Positions 13,487 to 26,110 are shown, numbered from the stretch's first letter. The stretch: 60,000 nucleotides of DNA from Camelus ferus (GCF_009834535.1 NC_045698.1:4404001-4464000); one strand, 5' to 3'. The notes: a model not told the origin generated them from the sequence alone. Numbers and translations are program-made.

Positions 13487-14626
13487 GCTGATTTTAAACT
13501 GAATTTTTCTTCCACAATATTCTAAGGTTTTGTTGGGTTTTTTTATGTGTAGAATCCCAATTAAACAGAGTTGGGGACTCATGCCCACCTGAGAACCTTG
13601 ATTTCAGTAACGCTTACTGAGCTGTGATAACAGTTGTCATTTCCTTGCCATTCAAAGCAAATTCTATGGTTTTAAATTCTGCAAGAGGAATAATGCAGCT
13701 ATAAGAGATACGAAATCCTGCATCACACAAAATTCCAAAGTCAAGGTGGTGAGTTGTCTCATCAATAGAAAAGAAATGGGAACTAACCCCCAGGCAGTTC
13801 CAGCAGAACTGCTCAGTTCAGATACTCTGTGTATTTGTTTGTAAGGTTCTGAAGGAGTTTATCGGAGGTAGCTGATTTCAGTGTCACATACGTGCACATT
13901 CTTGGCCACCTCTGGCTGCCCTTCTCGGTTAGAGCTGGGCTCGACTGGGTCTGGAGGTCAGAGAGAGAACAGGGAGACGGCCGCCCGCCCCGCCAGCCCT
14001 CCCCGGGCTCTGCGCTGTGAGTCCCGGCACCCCCAGGTCTGGGGTCCGGACAGACCACCCTTGCCCGGGCTCGCTGCTGGGCTGCACAGGGCTGCACCCG
14101 GTGCACACACATCCCTCAGGTCATCCCCAGTGGGACTCTAATGCCTGAATGATGTTTGAAGAGTAGCGGTACGTTTGGACGTGGGTGCAGCTTTTTTCTG
14201 CTCGAGGTGCAGCCAGAGGCATTCAGAGCCTGAAGGGCCACCCATCCCTGGGGGCCTGAGAAGCCACGCCCTGATTAATAATGCCCCCTCATGTGCCACC
14301 CCTGAGGGGCAGTCACCAGAATCGGACACTTTTTGGATGTAACTGCCGTTGTAGTTTTCTTAGGCTCTTTCTTAGTGGACACTCACGTTGACATTTCAGA
14401 GAAAGTGAAGTAGCAGGCAATTACTACATTGTGTCTATCTAAGAGTGAGTATTTTAATTTTGTGGCAGAAAACCAGGAAACCAGCAAAATACAGTTCTCA
14501 CCAAGTTGCTAACCCGGTGATGTCAACCTCGGCCTCCGCCGCCCCGGTGCCTGCGGGAGACCTGTGCTCGCCGCAGGCCGGGCGTCCGTGGGGCTCCGAG
14601 ATGCTTCTAGGCGCACAGGCCCCTCC

Positions 14627-14661
14627 CCCAGGACCCAGGACCCAGGACCCAGGACCCAGGA
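14627..14661. repeat. (CCCAGGA)5 tandem repeat
   Basis: Seen directly. Confidence 0.9.
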
Positions 14662-16110
14662 GTTCAGTGTGGGGGCAGGGAGAGACCCCACCTCGGGCAC
14701 AGGACACCCCGCTTACTTCCTGCTTGGCAGTCACTGCAGGGACCTGAGAAGCTGGTCTCCAGACACCAGCTCCTGGGGCCCAGCTTGCCAGACGCTTAGC
14801 CTCAGGGAGCACGGAACCTTGGCTCATCACCATTCCCCTCTTTTCAGACCTTTCTTTTTCCCCCTGTGCAGAGCGTGTAGCTAACACACCTTTATCTTTC
14901 CATCTCTTTATCGCCCACATCCCTCCCTCACCCCTCCCTCCCCGCCGCCTCCCTCTGTCCTGTCCGGTCCTCAGCCTGCCTCCCCTTAGCCCCCTCCCCT
15001 TCCCTTTGGTCCTGGACAGCAGGGAGGCCACTGATGGATGGTCACGGGGGAGACCCAGCGGTCGGTGTCTCAGCAGCGGGTCTGCCTGTCCTTCTGCGAT
15101 CTGGAACCTGTCCACCCAGCGTCCTTGTGAGGACTCGGTGAGCGGCCGTGGGGTGTGTCCCCCTTCAGCACCCGAGGTCCGACCGCCTGCTGGAATCGCC
15201 CCAGCCCTCCAGGTCCCGTGCCCCCTGCAGCCTCTGCTCTGCCCTCCTGCCCAGGCTCTGACGGAGCACCCCCACCCCCGCACAGACCCCAGAGCGCTCT
15301 GCTCCCAGCTTGCTGCGGCCTGTGCTTCCTCCTGGGAGCTCTGCTTTGTCCACCGACCCCGCTGGGCTGGGTCCCCCACCCCCGCAGGGGAAGCACCTCT
15401 CCACAGGGGGCAACAGCCCGCAGGGAGAGTGCTGTGCTCCCCACAGCGGCTTCGTGGGGCTCCCGGGGGCGTGTGGGCCCGGGGGCCAGCAGCCTTGCCC
15501 CAGCAGGCAATCCACAACTACTGTAGAATGAAGCTGGGCTGATGACCTTCAGGTGCCGCAAGACCATGACCCATCAGAGAAAGGTTAAGGGTGCTGAGTG
15601 CACTGTAACGGCAGTGCCTGGAAAGTGGACATTTTTAGCAACAGAGAGACACTCAGGCAATAAGTGTCTTCTGGTTGACACTGAGTGCCGAAATAATTCC
15701 GCCCTCATCCTGTGTGCGTCCCATGCGATCTGAATTTCTTGTTCTTCTCAAACACTGAGTTTATCAATCCTGGTGTCTTAGTAAACGAGAGTTGGTTTTA
15801 AGAGGTTTTGTTTTTAATCACGTGCCCTTGGAAGGCCATCCTTCTACTTGTCAGAAAATACGCCAGCAGACACTGGATGGAGGCTGGAGTTTAGCGTCCA
15901 AGAGACAGTGAGTCGGGGGTCCTCGATGTTTGTTTTGTCAAGTAATGTTACTGTGAAGAGCGTTACTTGTAGACCGTTCACGTAAACATCTTTATGCCTG
16001 TTCCTCTGGAGTCTTGCCCTGATTAGATCCGGTTGCCGTGTAAATCCATCCTCTCCTCCCCCTTCCCTCCTTCCATCCAGCTGTGGCTTCGGGCTGGAGC
16101 CGGGCTGGCC

Positions 16111-16466
16111 CGCGTTACCCTCGGAGGGCTGCTGCAATCGCAGGGCGCCCCAGCCGGGCGGCTCATAAACAGCAGACATCTACTTCTCCCGGTTCTGGAG
16201 GCTGGAGTCCAAGATCAGGGTGTCCACCGGCTGGTTTCTTCTGAGGCCTCCCTCCTTGGCTCGTAAACGCCGTCCTCGTGTGGTGGTCCCTCTGTGTGTG
16301 TCTGTGTCCTGATCTCCTCTTCTTACAAGGACGCCAGTCAGGCCGGACCCATGACCTCATTTTACCGCAGTTACCTCTGTGCAGACCCCTCTGCAAACAC
16401 GCTGTGAGTGCTGGGGGTCAGGGCTTCAACATACAAATATCAGGGGACGCAGTCGGGCCCCCAACG
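16111..16466 (-). mobile_element. MaLR solo LTR, MLT1B-like
   Basis: GGTTCTGGAGGCTGGAGTCCAAGATCAGGGTG and GGGCTTCAACATA motifs; similar to the 2024-2411 copy. Confidence 0.8.
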
Positions 16467-17113
16467 GAGTCTTTCTTTCAAAACACGTGTTAGTTTTGGC
16501 CATTTGTTTTCCTCTAGAGACGCTGATCTCAGATTCCCCACCTTCCTTCATTGTCCTGGGGGCTGGCCCCTCGGCCCGTGCTGCCTACAGGCCCCTTGAG
16601 TGACCCCTTGAGTGAGTGACCGGCGCGTCTCCATGTCGTCAGCCCGTTCCCTCCCGCAGCATCTCCACCTCCCTCCTCATGAATGTTAGGTTTTCCAAGT
16701 TCCTTTGTTTGTCTTAGCTTTTTCAGAATGTCTTTCTTCTCTGCCTTTTCCCAGTGATCATAGTTGCCTTTAATTTTTGATGCTTTCTCTTTTCCACCTG
16801 AAAGGCCTTTTCTAGCTCTGGTTGCTGTGGGCTTCTCCTCGCTTTCACCCAATCCAAAAACCATGGGACCCCATCGTCCCCCTTATTCCTGTGTGCATTA
16901 TGATTTTGCCCACTTCTCCTTCTCAGTCTCTGTACATCTGCCCACACCTGCTCCCACATTGCTCCTCCAGTTTGCCCAAGGTTGGCCAGTTGACTGTCTC
17001 TGGCATCCACATCCGCACTGGACTAGTCATGCATCCTTTCATTTCTCTCTGCTTCCATATTTCCTCTCCTTCATCTCACCAGCGTTCTGTGCCTTCTCCC
17101 GATCACCCCAGCC

Positions 17114-17140
17114 CTGGGAGCTGGGAGCTGGGAGCTGGGA
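17114..17140. repeat. (CTGGGAG)~4 tandem repeat
   Basis: Seen directly. Confidence 0.85.
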
Positions 17141-17368
17141 AGGGGGCATCCTGCTCTGTGCACTTGCCTGGGAGTCTGCAGAGAGAGAGGACTCCAGGTA
17201 AAGCCAAGGTTCAGGCAGGCAGTGTAGACATGCCCTGGGACCGAAAGGGAGAGGGGCTGATTGGTTGATGATTATTTCAAAGAACAGCTTGGGATTCAGT
17301 GATGCTGGAAGGCCACACCAATGGACCAACTGAGGTCGAAATTACAGTGAATCTGTTTTAATCCGACT

Positions 17369-18335
17369 CTCTTTTTTTACTGAGGTCTAGTTGACTTACG
17401 ATGTTGTGTCAGTTTCTGGTGTACCGCAAAGTGATTCAGCTATACACATGTATATGTATTGTTTTTCATTATAGGTTGTTACAAGCTGTTGAATATAGTT
17501 CCCTGTGCTCTACAGCAGATCCTTGTTGTTTATCTGTTTCACATACAGCAGTTTCTTTCTGCTAATTGCGAATTCCTAACTTATCCCTCCCCACCCTTTC
17601 CCCTTTGGTCAGCATAAGATTGTTTTCTATGTCTGTGAGTCTGTTTCTGTTTTATAAATAAGTTACTTTGTGTCATTTTTTAGATTCCACATAGTGATAT
17701 CATGTGATATTTGTCCTTCTCTGGCTGGCTTATTTCACTAAGTATGATAATCTCTGGGTCCAGCCATGTTGTGGTAAATGTCATTATTTCATTTGTTTTT
17801 ATGGCTGAGTAATATTCCATTGTGCATGTGTGTGTGTGTGTTTGTGTGTCTGTGTCTGTGTGTGTGCATGCATACACACAACTTCTTCATCCAGTCCTCT
17901 GTCAATGGGCATTTAGGCTGTTTCCACATCTTGGCTGTTGTATACAGTGCTGCTGTGAACATTGGGGTATGTGTTTCTTGTCCAATTAGTTTTCATCTTT
18001 TCTGGATCTATGCCCAGGATTGGGGTTGTTGGATCATCTGGTAACTCTATTTTTAGTTTTTTAAAGAATCTCCATACTGTTTTACATTGTGGCTGCACCA
18101 AAGTACATCCCCCCCAGCAGTATAGGAGGGTTCCCTTGTCTCCACACCCTCTCCAGCATTTATTACTTGTAAACTTTTTGATGATGGCCATTCTGACAGG
18201 TGCGAGGTGACACCGCATTGTGGTTGTGACTTGCGCTTCTCTGATAACTAGTGATATGGAGAATCTTTCATGTGCCTCTCGGCCATCTGCATGTCTTCCC
18301 TGGAGAAATGTCTGGTTAGGTCTTTCGCCCGTTTT
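17369..18335 (-). mobile_element. 5'-truncated L1 with internal (TG)n expansion (about 17827-17866)
   Basis: ORFs 17680-17877(-) and 17913-18218(-) encode degenerate ORF2 C-terminal motifs; possible TSD TTTTAATCCRAYT at 17356 and 18334. Confidence 0.92.
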
Positions 18336-18667
18336 TTAATCCAATTGGTTTTTATGCTGATACACCCAAGTTGATGCATTTTTTTTAATCCAAAGCTATT
18401 TTTATCATTTTAGATGTCTTTACCAAACTTAGGTGTAAGATGCTTTCTGAAATCCCACATTTCCATTTTTATGGTAATTTTATTCATTCAATTTATAGGT
18501 GCGTGAGAAAATTATTCTTCATTGGTAATTTTATTGATCATGTTTGAAACAAGCACCTAAGAGTTTGGAGGTTATATCAGACAGCAAGGTTTTTCAGGGA
18601 AAACAATTTTATTCGAGCATTTGCACTTCGCGTGCACTCTTGTTTTATTCAAAAGTAGCAGAATTCA

Positions 18668-18805
18668 GGGGGGAGGGTATAGCTCAGTGGTAGAGTGCAT
18701 GCTTAGCATGCATGAGGTCCTGGGTTCAATCCCCAGTACCTCTATTAAAAAAATTAATTAATTAAATAAAAACCCAATTACCTCCCCCCACCAAAAACAA
18801 AACAA
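18668..18805 (+). mobile_element. tRNA-derived SINE, camelid Vic-1-like
   Basis: GGGGGGAGGGTATAGCTCAGTGGTAGAG (A box)...GGTTCAATCCCC (B box), then an AT-rich segment, ACCTCCCCCC and an A-rich tail; GAATTCA flanks both ends (18661-18667, 18808-18814). Confidence 0.85.
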
Positions 18806-20653
18806 CGGAATTCATTCAAATATCCCTAAGTATCTCCACCAGTCTGAGAACAGGCTGGGACAGTCCTTCAAGAGGATTCCCAGCAGAAGCCAATGTAATT
18901 TATACACGCAGCCGGCCCCCTCTCCTTCCAGCATCCTTGGAGTCCCCTCGCTCAGCTCCAGTCCTCCTAAGCAGTCTTGCCCCAACCTGGTCTTCCGGGG
19001 ACTGGTGACTGTGTAGCGCAAGGCGGACTTGTTCTATCACCAACACTGACGGAGGACAGCCGCGTGGTTTGAGCCCCTCCCGCATCTCTTCAGTCACAGT
19101 GGTGTCATGTCTGCATGTCCAGACAAAGTGCCGGGCGGATGGCACTCAGCATCCTCTCCAGGACTGATCTAGGGCCAACTGACCCCAGGTGCTACGTGAG
19201 TGACTTTTCTATAAACTTCACAAATATCAGTCTCACAAAATGTCTGAAGACTGGGCCCTTATACACATAATCCAAGGTGTTCTGTGGAATAACGATGCAT
19301 GTGTAAAGTATCTATGTCATTTTCTTACTCAAACAGCAACCCTTCGAGTTTCACCTTTTAATTTCAGGATGATATCCCTTTCACAGTATTTAATTAAAAC
19401 GATCTATGGGTTTTTTTTTTCTTCCACAAAATGCATTTAACCACAAAAAGCCAATTAAATGAAAAAAATGAAAAATAACAAATGGGTTTTCTCTGTTGCT
19501 GCCGACTTTGATCTGCCTCCATGATGGTAATGATTTATTAGGGAAGTAGGTGGCTCTAATTCGGTTCAATTTAACAGCAATTATTGAGTTGGAGTCAAAT
19601 GCCCTTCTGCGATGAGTGTGAGAACGGGAGGCGTTTTAGGACAGAGACTCAGGCAAGAGCCGGCATTGATCTGTGGGGATCCCAGGCCAGCCATGAGTGA
19701 GGAGGAGGCCAGTGTGCAGGCAGGTGCAGGGGCTCTGTGCACCAGCGAGGAATCCAAAGGCTCGAAGGTACTTAGAAGACAGCACATGGTGGGGTGACTT
19801 TGTCTCCAAAATGAAAGATGGCCCCTCAGAACATGGTCCTTCCCAGAGGGCAGACCCGGGAGTGGACCAAGGCCCCTCGAGGCAGGGCTTGCGATCTGCT
19901 TTTATCATCATCACCAGCATTAACTCAGTCAGTTCTCACCATGAATGTCAGGGGGTCGGTACTTCCTGAAGGGGCCGGGAAGAGCATAGACTTTGTGATA
20001 ATGCACAAAACTTCAACATTGCATGTTATTCTGTTTCTCATGTAAACCTCATAAGAGTTTTTTCTGATTGTAGAAAGGAGAACATGCTTATTGTACAAAA
20101 TTTATGCTGTACCAGAATGTACATGTAGAGAACAAACGGACTGAAGATTCCACCTGCCAGATAATAGCTTTTTACAGAGACACACACACACAGCTACACC
20201 AGAGTAACAACTGTCAGTCATAGGACTGTGTTCCCCATGATGTGGAGTTTGTGCATCTTTCGTCCCCAGGGGATGTGGATGTCTTAACGTTGGCTCAGCT
20301 GATTTAGGTCCCGATCACCCTGAAAGGCACCTGGCACCCGGGGGTGAAGACGTGGATTACTGAGCTGTCCGCTGGGCAGCTTTCCCTCTTGTTTCCCCTG
20401 ACATCACACTTGCTCTCTTGTGCCTGTGTGACGGCGAAGGAAACTCCCAGGGGTGGGTCAGCATTGATGGCATAGTGTCATCGAATCGCCTGTCAGAAAG
20501 GTGGTGCCAGCTTCCACTCCCACCAGCAACCCGAGCTGATCGCCTCCTCACGCCTCTGTGACCGTTATTCCAATGAGTACTTCCTAACCTCGTTGGCAAA
20601 ACAGATCCTATTTTTAAACTTACCTGTGTGCTGTTGTTTTGAGGTGGAGCGTT

Positions 20654-20990
20654 TGTATATGCTTGCGCAGGCTGGATAACAAAATGTCACAGACTGCACG
20701 GTTTAAACAACAGAAATGTCTTTTCTCGAAGTTCCGGAGGCTGGACACCCAAGATCAAGGTGCGGGCGGGGCTGGTTTCTTCTGAAACCTCCCTCCTTGG
20801 CCTGTAGGTGGCCGTCCACTCCTGCGTCCCCGCGTGGTCGTCCCTCTGTGCGTGTCTGCATCCTAACCTCTTCTTCTTATGAGGACACCAGACCCCCAGG
20901 ATTAGGGCTCACTCTCATGACCTCGCTAACCTTAATTACCCCCATGAAGGTCCTCTTTCCAAATTGAGCCGCTTAGAGATGAGGGCCAAG
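20654..20990 (-). mobile_element. MaLR LTR fragment, MLT1B-like
   Basis: TTAAACAACAGAAATG...GTTCCGGAGGCTGG...CCAAGATCAAGGTG MLT motifs. Confidence 0.8.
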
Positions 20991-21009
20991 ATCAACTGAG
21001 GAGTCTGAG

Positions 21010-21362
21010 GACCCGCCGGGCTGAGGGTCTGCTTCCCAGACCCTTCACGCGGTGCTGGCAGCCTTCAGTTCCTTCGTGGCTGTTGGCTGGAGCCTCCCCG
21101 GTCCCTGCACCTGGGCCTCTCTGGGGGCACCTTGCCGCCCACGCAGCAGGCGGCTGGCCCCAGAGGGAGCTGGGGAGGGAGTGAGAGTGCCCAGAACAGA
21201 GGCCTCGGTGCTGTGACTTAATTTCACAAGGAACATCCTAGCAATCCGGCCACAGCCTGTTCAAGCGAAGCAGGTGACAGGTCCCACCCACAGTCAAATC
21301 TGAGGGGCGTGAGCACCAGGAAGGGGATCTTTGGGGCCAGATTAGAGGCTGCCCATCACTGC
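21010..21362 (-). mobile_element. Older MaLR LTR fragment (MLT1J/K-like)
   Basis: CCTTCAGTTCCTTCGTGGCTGTTGGCTGG and GGCCAGATTAGAGGCTGCCCATCAC resemble old MLT1 subfamilies. Confidence 0.5.
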
Positions 21363-23735
21363 ATGGGCTGTTTTCACTGATTTTGTCAATAAGGCCTCTT
21401 TTCATTGCATTTTCTAAAAAGAGTTGTTATTGATACATAGGAAAACCATCAAAATTTTCATATACACATAATGTATTTATATGTATCCATTTATACCTCA
21501 TTTTTATTGTGATTTTTTTCTTTTTGCCTCATATGCAAAGAGTATTAGGTTAGTCCTAACCCACCAGTCTTTCTCTCTCTCTCAACTTTGATTGAAAAAA
21601 AAATCTTTATTTTTGAAGTAGCTTCACTCATCCACCTGTTCACAGCAGGAGCTGTATGTGAAGACATCTCCTCACCGTGCCACCCCAAGATGTGCCCCTG
21701 TGTGTGTGTCCTTCCACTGGCTTGATAACTTCACCGTTCGCGTTTTAAGTTGAATCCAGTTGCTTTGTGCTGGCCATTAGGTAGGAGCCCAGCTTTTCCA
21801 TGTCGCGAAGGGGACTCCTCCAACCCGTCCACGGAACCACCCGGCCCTCTTCCACTGTCTCTTTCCTTTTACCACTTTTATCCTGTGTAAGTCCCCTGTA
21901 CGTATGACTCTCTTCAGTCCCACTCATCTACCTGCCTGCAGGAACGTGGCCTCCCAATCTGTCTAACATCCAGTAGGGCAGGACCTCCTCTTTGCTCTTC
22001 TCAGCTCTTGGTGGCTCATTCAAGTTCCATGCCAACTTTTTGCGATTATTTGTCAAGAATTTTGCTCAGAGTAGAGCGCTCTCGTTTCCACAACAGAGCA
22101 TACCCTGAAATCTCAGCATCACACATTGAACGTGTGTTTCCTGCACACGGTTTGATGCAGTTTGGTGCCCCTTCTCCACCATGGGGCATCTCCATCTGGA
22201 GGATGTGCACCAGATTCACAGATTCTCAGCGACAGAGGCTGAGGCTGGAGGCGCACAGCAGCTCTTAACTGCCCCATCCACATCGGACATGCTCGCTTCT
22301 CACGGTCCGCTGGCCAGAACTAGCCACATGGCCACAGTCTGGTGGAGGGAGGTGGGCACACAGGGAGGTGCACAGCCCTCTGCAGGTCAGTCATACCTCA
22401 AAGCGGCCATTCTATCCTCTACAAATAATGAGGTCAACAGAATACCGCATCCCAGTGGCACAGAAAAACTCTTAATACCACGAGAGGCAGGCCAACAAAG
22501 CCAAACTCTTACTTTTGCCACTTCAAATATGAAGATTAAATAAGCTTGATTTTTGTGTATTTGAATCTTAACACAATCCAAATATAAATACCACGTAGCA
22601 AAGCCGGGAAGATTTGGATAATATATTTAAAGTATCACTGCAGAATATGCGTGGGGTTCACCGTCCCGTTCCCAGGGCAAGGGCGGGTCTGGTGACTGCC
22701 TCCTCGCGCCCCGGGACAGCCGACCCGCCCCTGGAGGACAAGCCGTCCCCCGAATCACTGACCGTAAACGTAACAACCCACTGCGCGAGATGTTTTCAGT
22801 AGCAGTGGGAGGTTCTACTTGGAAATGTGTCTTCTGGAAATGCCTACCTTGTTAAAGGTACTCGTCGGGAAGCGGTGATCAGCCCTGGCATGGTGGTTGG
22901 AGTTTGAAGTCTGCAGAGCTCACGTGAAGCTGGCCTGTGCCCGTGGGGTCTGGCTGGTCCTGTCCGCCACCGCAGTCTGCAACTTCAGGGGGATGACCTG
23001 GCTGGCCTGGAGCACTAGTTTTCAGGTTGTTCCTAACGACTAGCGCAGACAGGGGCTGATGTGGTCCGAACTGGGCATTCTGTGGTCAGATAAGGCTGGG
23101 GTATCCTGGCTTACTCAGAGTCAGCGTTATGGTTTCTTGCAAAAGCCCAGGCGCGCTTCTACAAGGTGAAGTCTGGCGCTACGAGCTCTAACCCTAACTC
23201 CAGAAGTAGGCGTAGGTTGTGGCAGGCCACTGCTTTGTGCTGCCTCCCCTGCTACAGAGAAGTTATTCGCGCCTTCATCTCCACTGGATCATTTGCAAAA
23301 TTAGAGAGTGTGTCCATCTCCCGCGTGAGGACTAGAATGGTAAAATACGGTGTGGGGCATGTTTTGGGAAGTGGCAACACACGCAGTGCCTTTTCTTTGG
23401 AATTCTGGCTGGGACATAAAGGAGCCTTCAGATCAGTGCTGGTAGTTCTAGAGGGTTCCTCGGTCCCTCCTCGGGAAGCACACTGGAGCACGCACTGGCT
23501 GCTGGGTATGCAGCTGTGTGATGCCTTCGATGAGGCCTTGGGTACCCAAGACAATGAGTGGACATGCCATAGCCTCACGTTTTCACCCCGACAGATAATG
23601 AGAAGTGGTCTTGTTCACCTCAAGTCTGTGCCCTAAGTTCACAGGCAAAGACTGTGGAAATAAAATAATTGTAACTGACCTGAAATTGCCATAGAGATTA
23701 AAACTATACTTTATATCCATGGTTAAAATTGAGTA

Positions 23736-23807
23736 CAGCTGAATCACTACACTGTGCATCAGAAACGAATGCAACATTGTGAATCAACTATACTTCAATC
23801 TGAAAAA
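23736..23807 (+). mobile_element. Very short L1 3'-end insertion
   Basis: L1 terminal sequence ACATTGTGAATCAACTATACTTCAA plus an A tail; perfect 11-bp TSD AAAATTGAGTA (23725-23735, 23808-23818) at a TT/AAAA site. Confidence 0.85.
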
Positions 23808-23889
23808 AAAATTGAGTATCCAAAATCAAATTCTCTTAACTTACAGTAGGATAGCTACTCACAGCCAATATGGCTTTATTCCCACAGAA

Positions 23890-24525
23890 TGTTATTGAAC
23901 CAAACTTGGGTCCACTCACCTACACGCAGTAAAGCCAATCTACTGACACTGAGTTGGGGTGAAGGAAAGTACAGTGTTTATTGCAAGGTGTCCAACATGG
24001 GACCAAGCAAGGTGAACAGGCAGCTCATGCTCAAAGACCCAGACTCCCCAGTGGCTTTCAGGGAAGGGTTTTTAAAGAGTGTTATGGGTGAGGGTCCAGG
24101 GTGCCTGATCAGCCTATACACATTCTGATTGGTTGTTGGTGATGTAACCAGGTGTATATCAGGAGTCAACATCATCAGCCTCCTGGATCCAACTGGTCTG
24201 GGGTTTACGTGCATGTGGGCAGCATGCAGTTAACTTCCTCCTGGTAGGGGATTCGTATCTACAAAACAACTCAAGGATATGGCTCAGAATATTATCTCTA
24301 GCCCTTGAGGAGGAACTGAAGGTCCTTGTTTTATGGCTAAACTCTTATTGTTTTGTCTTGTGTGATGTTTTCCTTTATTTCTGCATTTTTTCCCTTCTCT
24401 GATTTAATTCGTTCTTTGGAACTCGGGGAATGTCCAGGAGGCTCAAGTTTTTCTACAAACAAGAGGTGGGGGACACAGGGGGAGTCTGTCCCCTGGAAGG
24501 CCTTGCGGTGTCCTGCTCAGTTTCA
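23890..24525 (-). mobile_element. ERV1-class solo LTR (family not confidently assigned; MER34/MER39-like)
   Basis: 636 bp with TG...CA termini; on the minus strand CCAAT (24128-24132), TATA-like TTTAAAAA (24069-24076) and AATAAA (23977-23982) occur in LTR order. Confidence 0.75.
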
Positions 24526-25929
24526 AAATCTTAAAACTAAGATTCATAAAAATATTTGATGTATACTGTTGTTTAATCAGAAATCTTATTTATAAAAATT
24601 ACTTTAATTTGGATTACATTTTAGATATCTCAAAAGTATATTTGTATTCAATTTATATAGTTTCAATTAGGCTTAATATTTAGTTTATCGTTTAAATAAG
24701 GTTTGTGTATCTGCAAAACACACAATTTGTTTGCATCATGCATGCAAACATATCTCTAAAACTTGTTTTTCCTCGAAGGCTGGGCCTTTACAGAGGCCCT
24801 CTGTGGCTAAATCAGTTTTCTTGGTTACATTAACTGTCATCGTGTACAATTATATTGACCAAATAGTTACCCAAGTTGATCTTAATAAAGGAAACCAGAT
24901 TAATTGGACCGGCCATGCTGTAGTCTTGACATTGAGATTATGTTGCTAATAATGTATAAATTAGAGGTTCCTTTTGGTCCCACTCCTAAAATTCCCCAAA
25001 TCTGTGGGGTTTGGTAGAATCTGGGAAGCTGCCTTACACGATGTGGAAGGAATGTTTAGGAATCCAATGTTGTTCCAGCTCAAATCCTAACCTGACCTCT
25101 TCTTAGCGGGGAGACTGTGTTCTTCCCTGCCAGCATCGGTTTCCACCCCTTTATCAGCAAGGTTATAATTGCTGTCTGCCGTGCCACGGGGTGCAACGCA
25201 AAGGGGAAAGGTCAGTTGGAAATGATGTGGAAACCACAGCAGGCTTGGCAGAGATTGCTGTTGAGTTGTGAAACGGGTTTCCTTCACATAGCTTTATACA
25301 GCAGAAGTAGCCCACAGGTCAGGCGTACGTAAAGCTGGCAGTTCTGCCCCCGTCAGAACGCCTGCCCTCTGTGCTTCGGCGTGCCCCTGCAGCAGGGATG
25401 GGCGGCGCTCCGGCCCCTGTGGGTCTGCGGTCGCTGTTGTCAGCGCTCACACGGGTTTTGATAAAAGACAAGCCCCCCTACCCTCTACACGCAACAGCAG
25501 GTCCATATTCTCCCAGAAAGGACTGGAGAGAAGGAAGATTTCTTCCTTTGGCCCCAAAGCTCAGCGCCCTTGTACAAAAGAGGAAAATTAACTTGGGGAA
25601 ACAATGAAAAGGATCAAATATAATCCTGGGGATGTGGTGGGAGGAGGGGGTGGGGCCAGGAAAGGACATAATAGTCTGATTAAAAAAAAATAAAATGACC
25701 TTTTTATTAAAAAGGGACTGGCACAATTGGGTATACTGCCTAAAACTCTATTTAGCATTTAAATAGGATTGTGAAATGCTCGATTAAAAATGGGACCAGC
25801 ATTGTGCAAACGTGCGGAGAATCTGACCGTATCTGGGTGGGAGTCAGTGCAGTAAGCCACCCAGTGCTGAACTTCCGTCTCTGGCTGCTGCTTTCCCAGC
25901 ACCGCGGGCCGCTTACGCGTCTGGACTCC

Positions 25930-26110
25930 CGAACCCAGCTGTGTGAGTTCAAACTCCAGCCCCACCAGCTACTGCTGCGCGACCTTGAGCGGTTTACCTC
26001 TGTGCCTCGGTGTCCTCATCGTGAGGGGAGGGAGAGCAGCCTCACCCCCGTGTGGACTGAGCGAGTTTATCCACATAAAGCCCTCAGAACCGGGACAGGC
26101 ACAAGCTACC
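25930..26110 (+). mobile_element. MIR SINE
   Basis: GAGTTCAAACTCCAGC...GACCTTGAGC...ACCTCTGTGCCTCGGTGTCCTCATC. Confidence 0.7.

Noticed and set aside
14498..15517. 339-aa minus-strand ORF and overlapping ORFs
   Set aside because: Low-complexity G/R/P/A composition expected from GC-rich DNA; several frames are open at once; no recognisable domain.
18668..18742. tRNA-Ala gene
   Set aside because: It is followed by a SINE body, an A-rich tail and flanking repeats, with no Pol III T-run terminator, so it is a SINE head.
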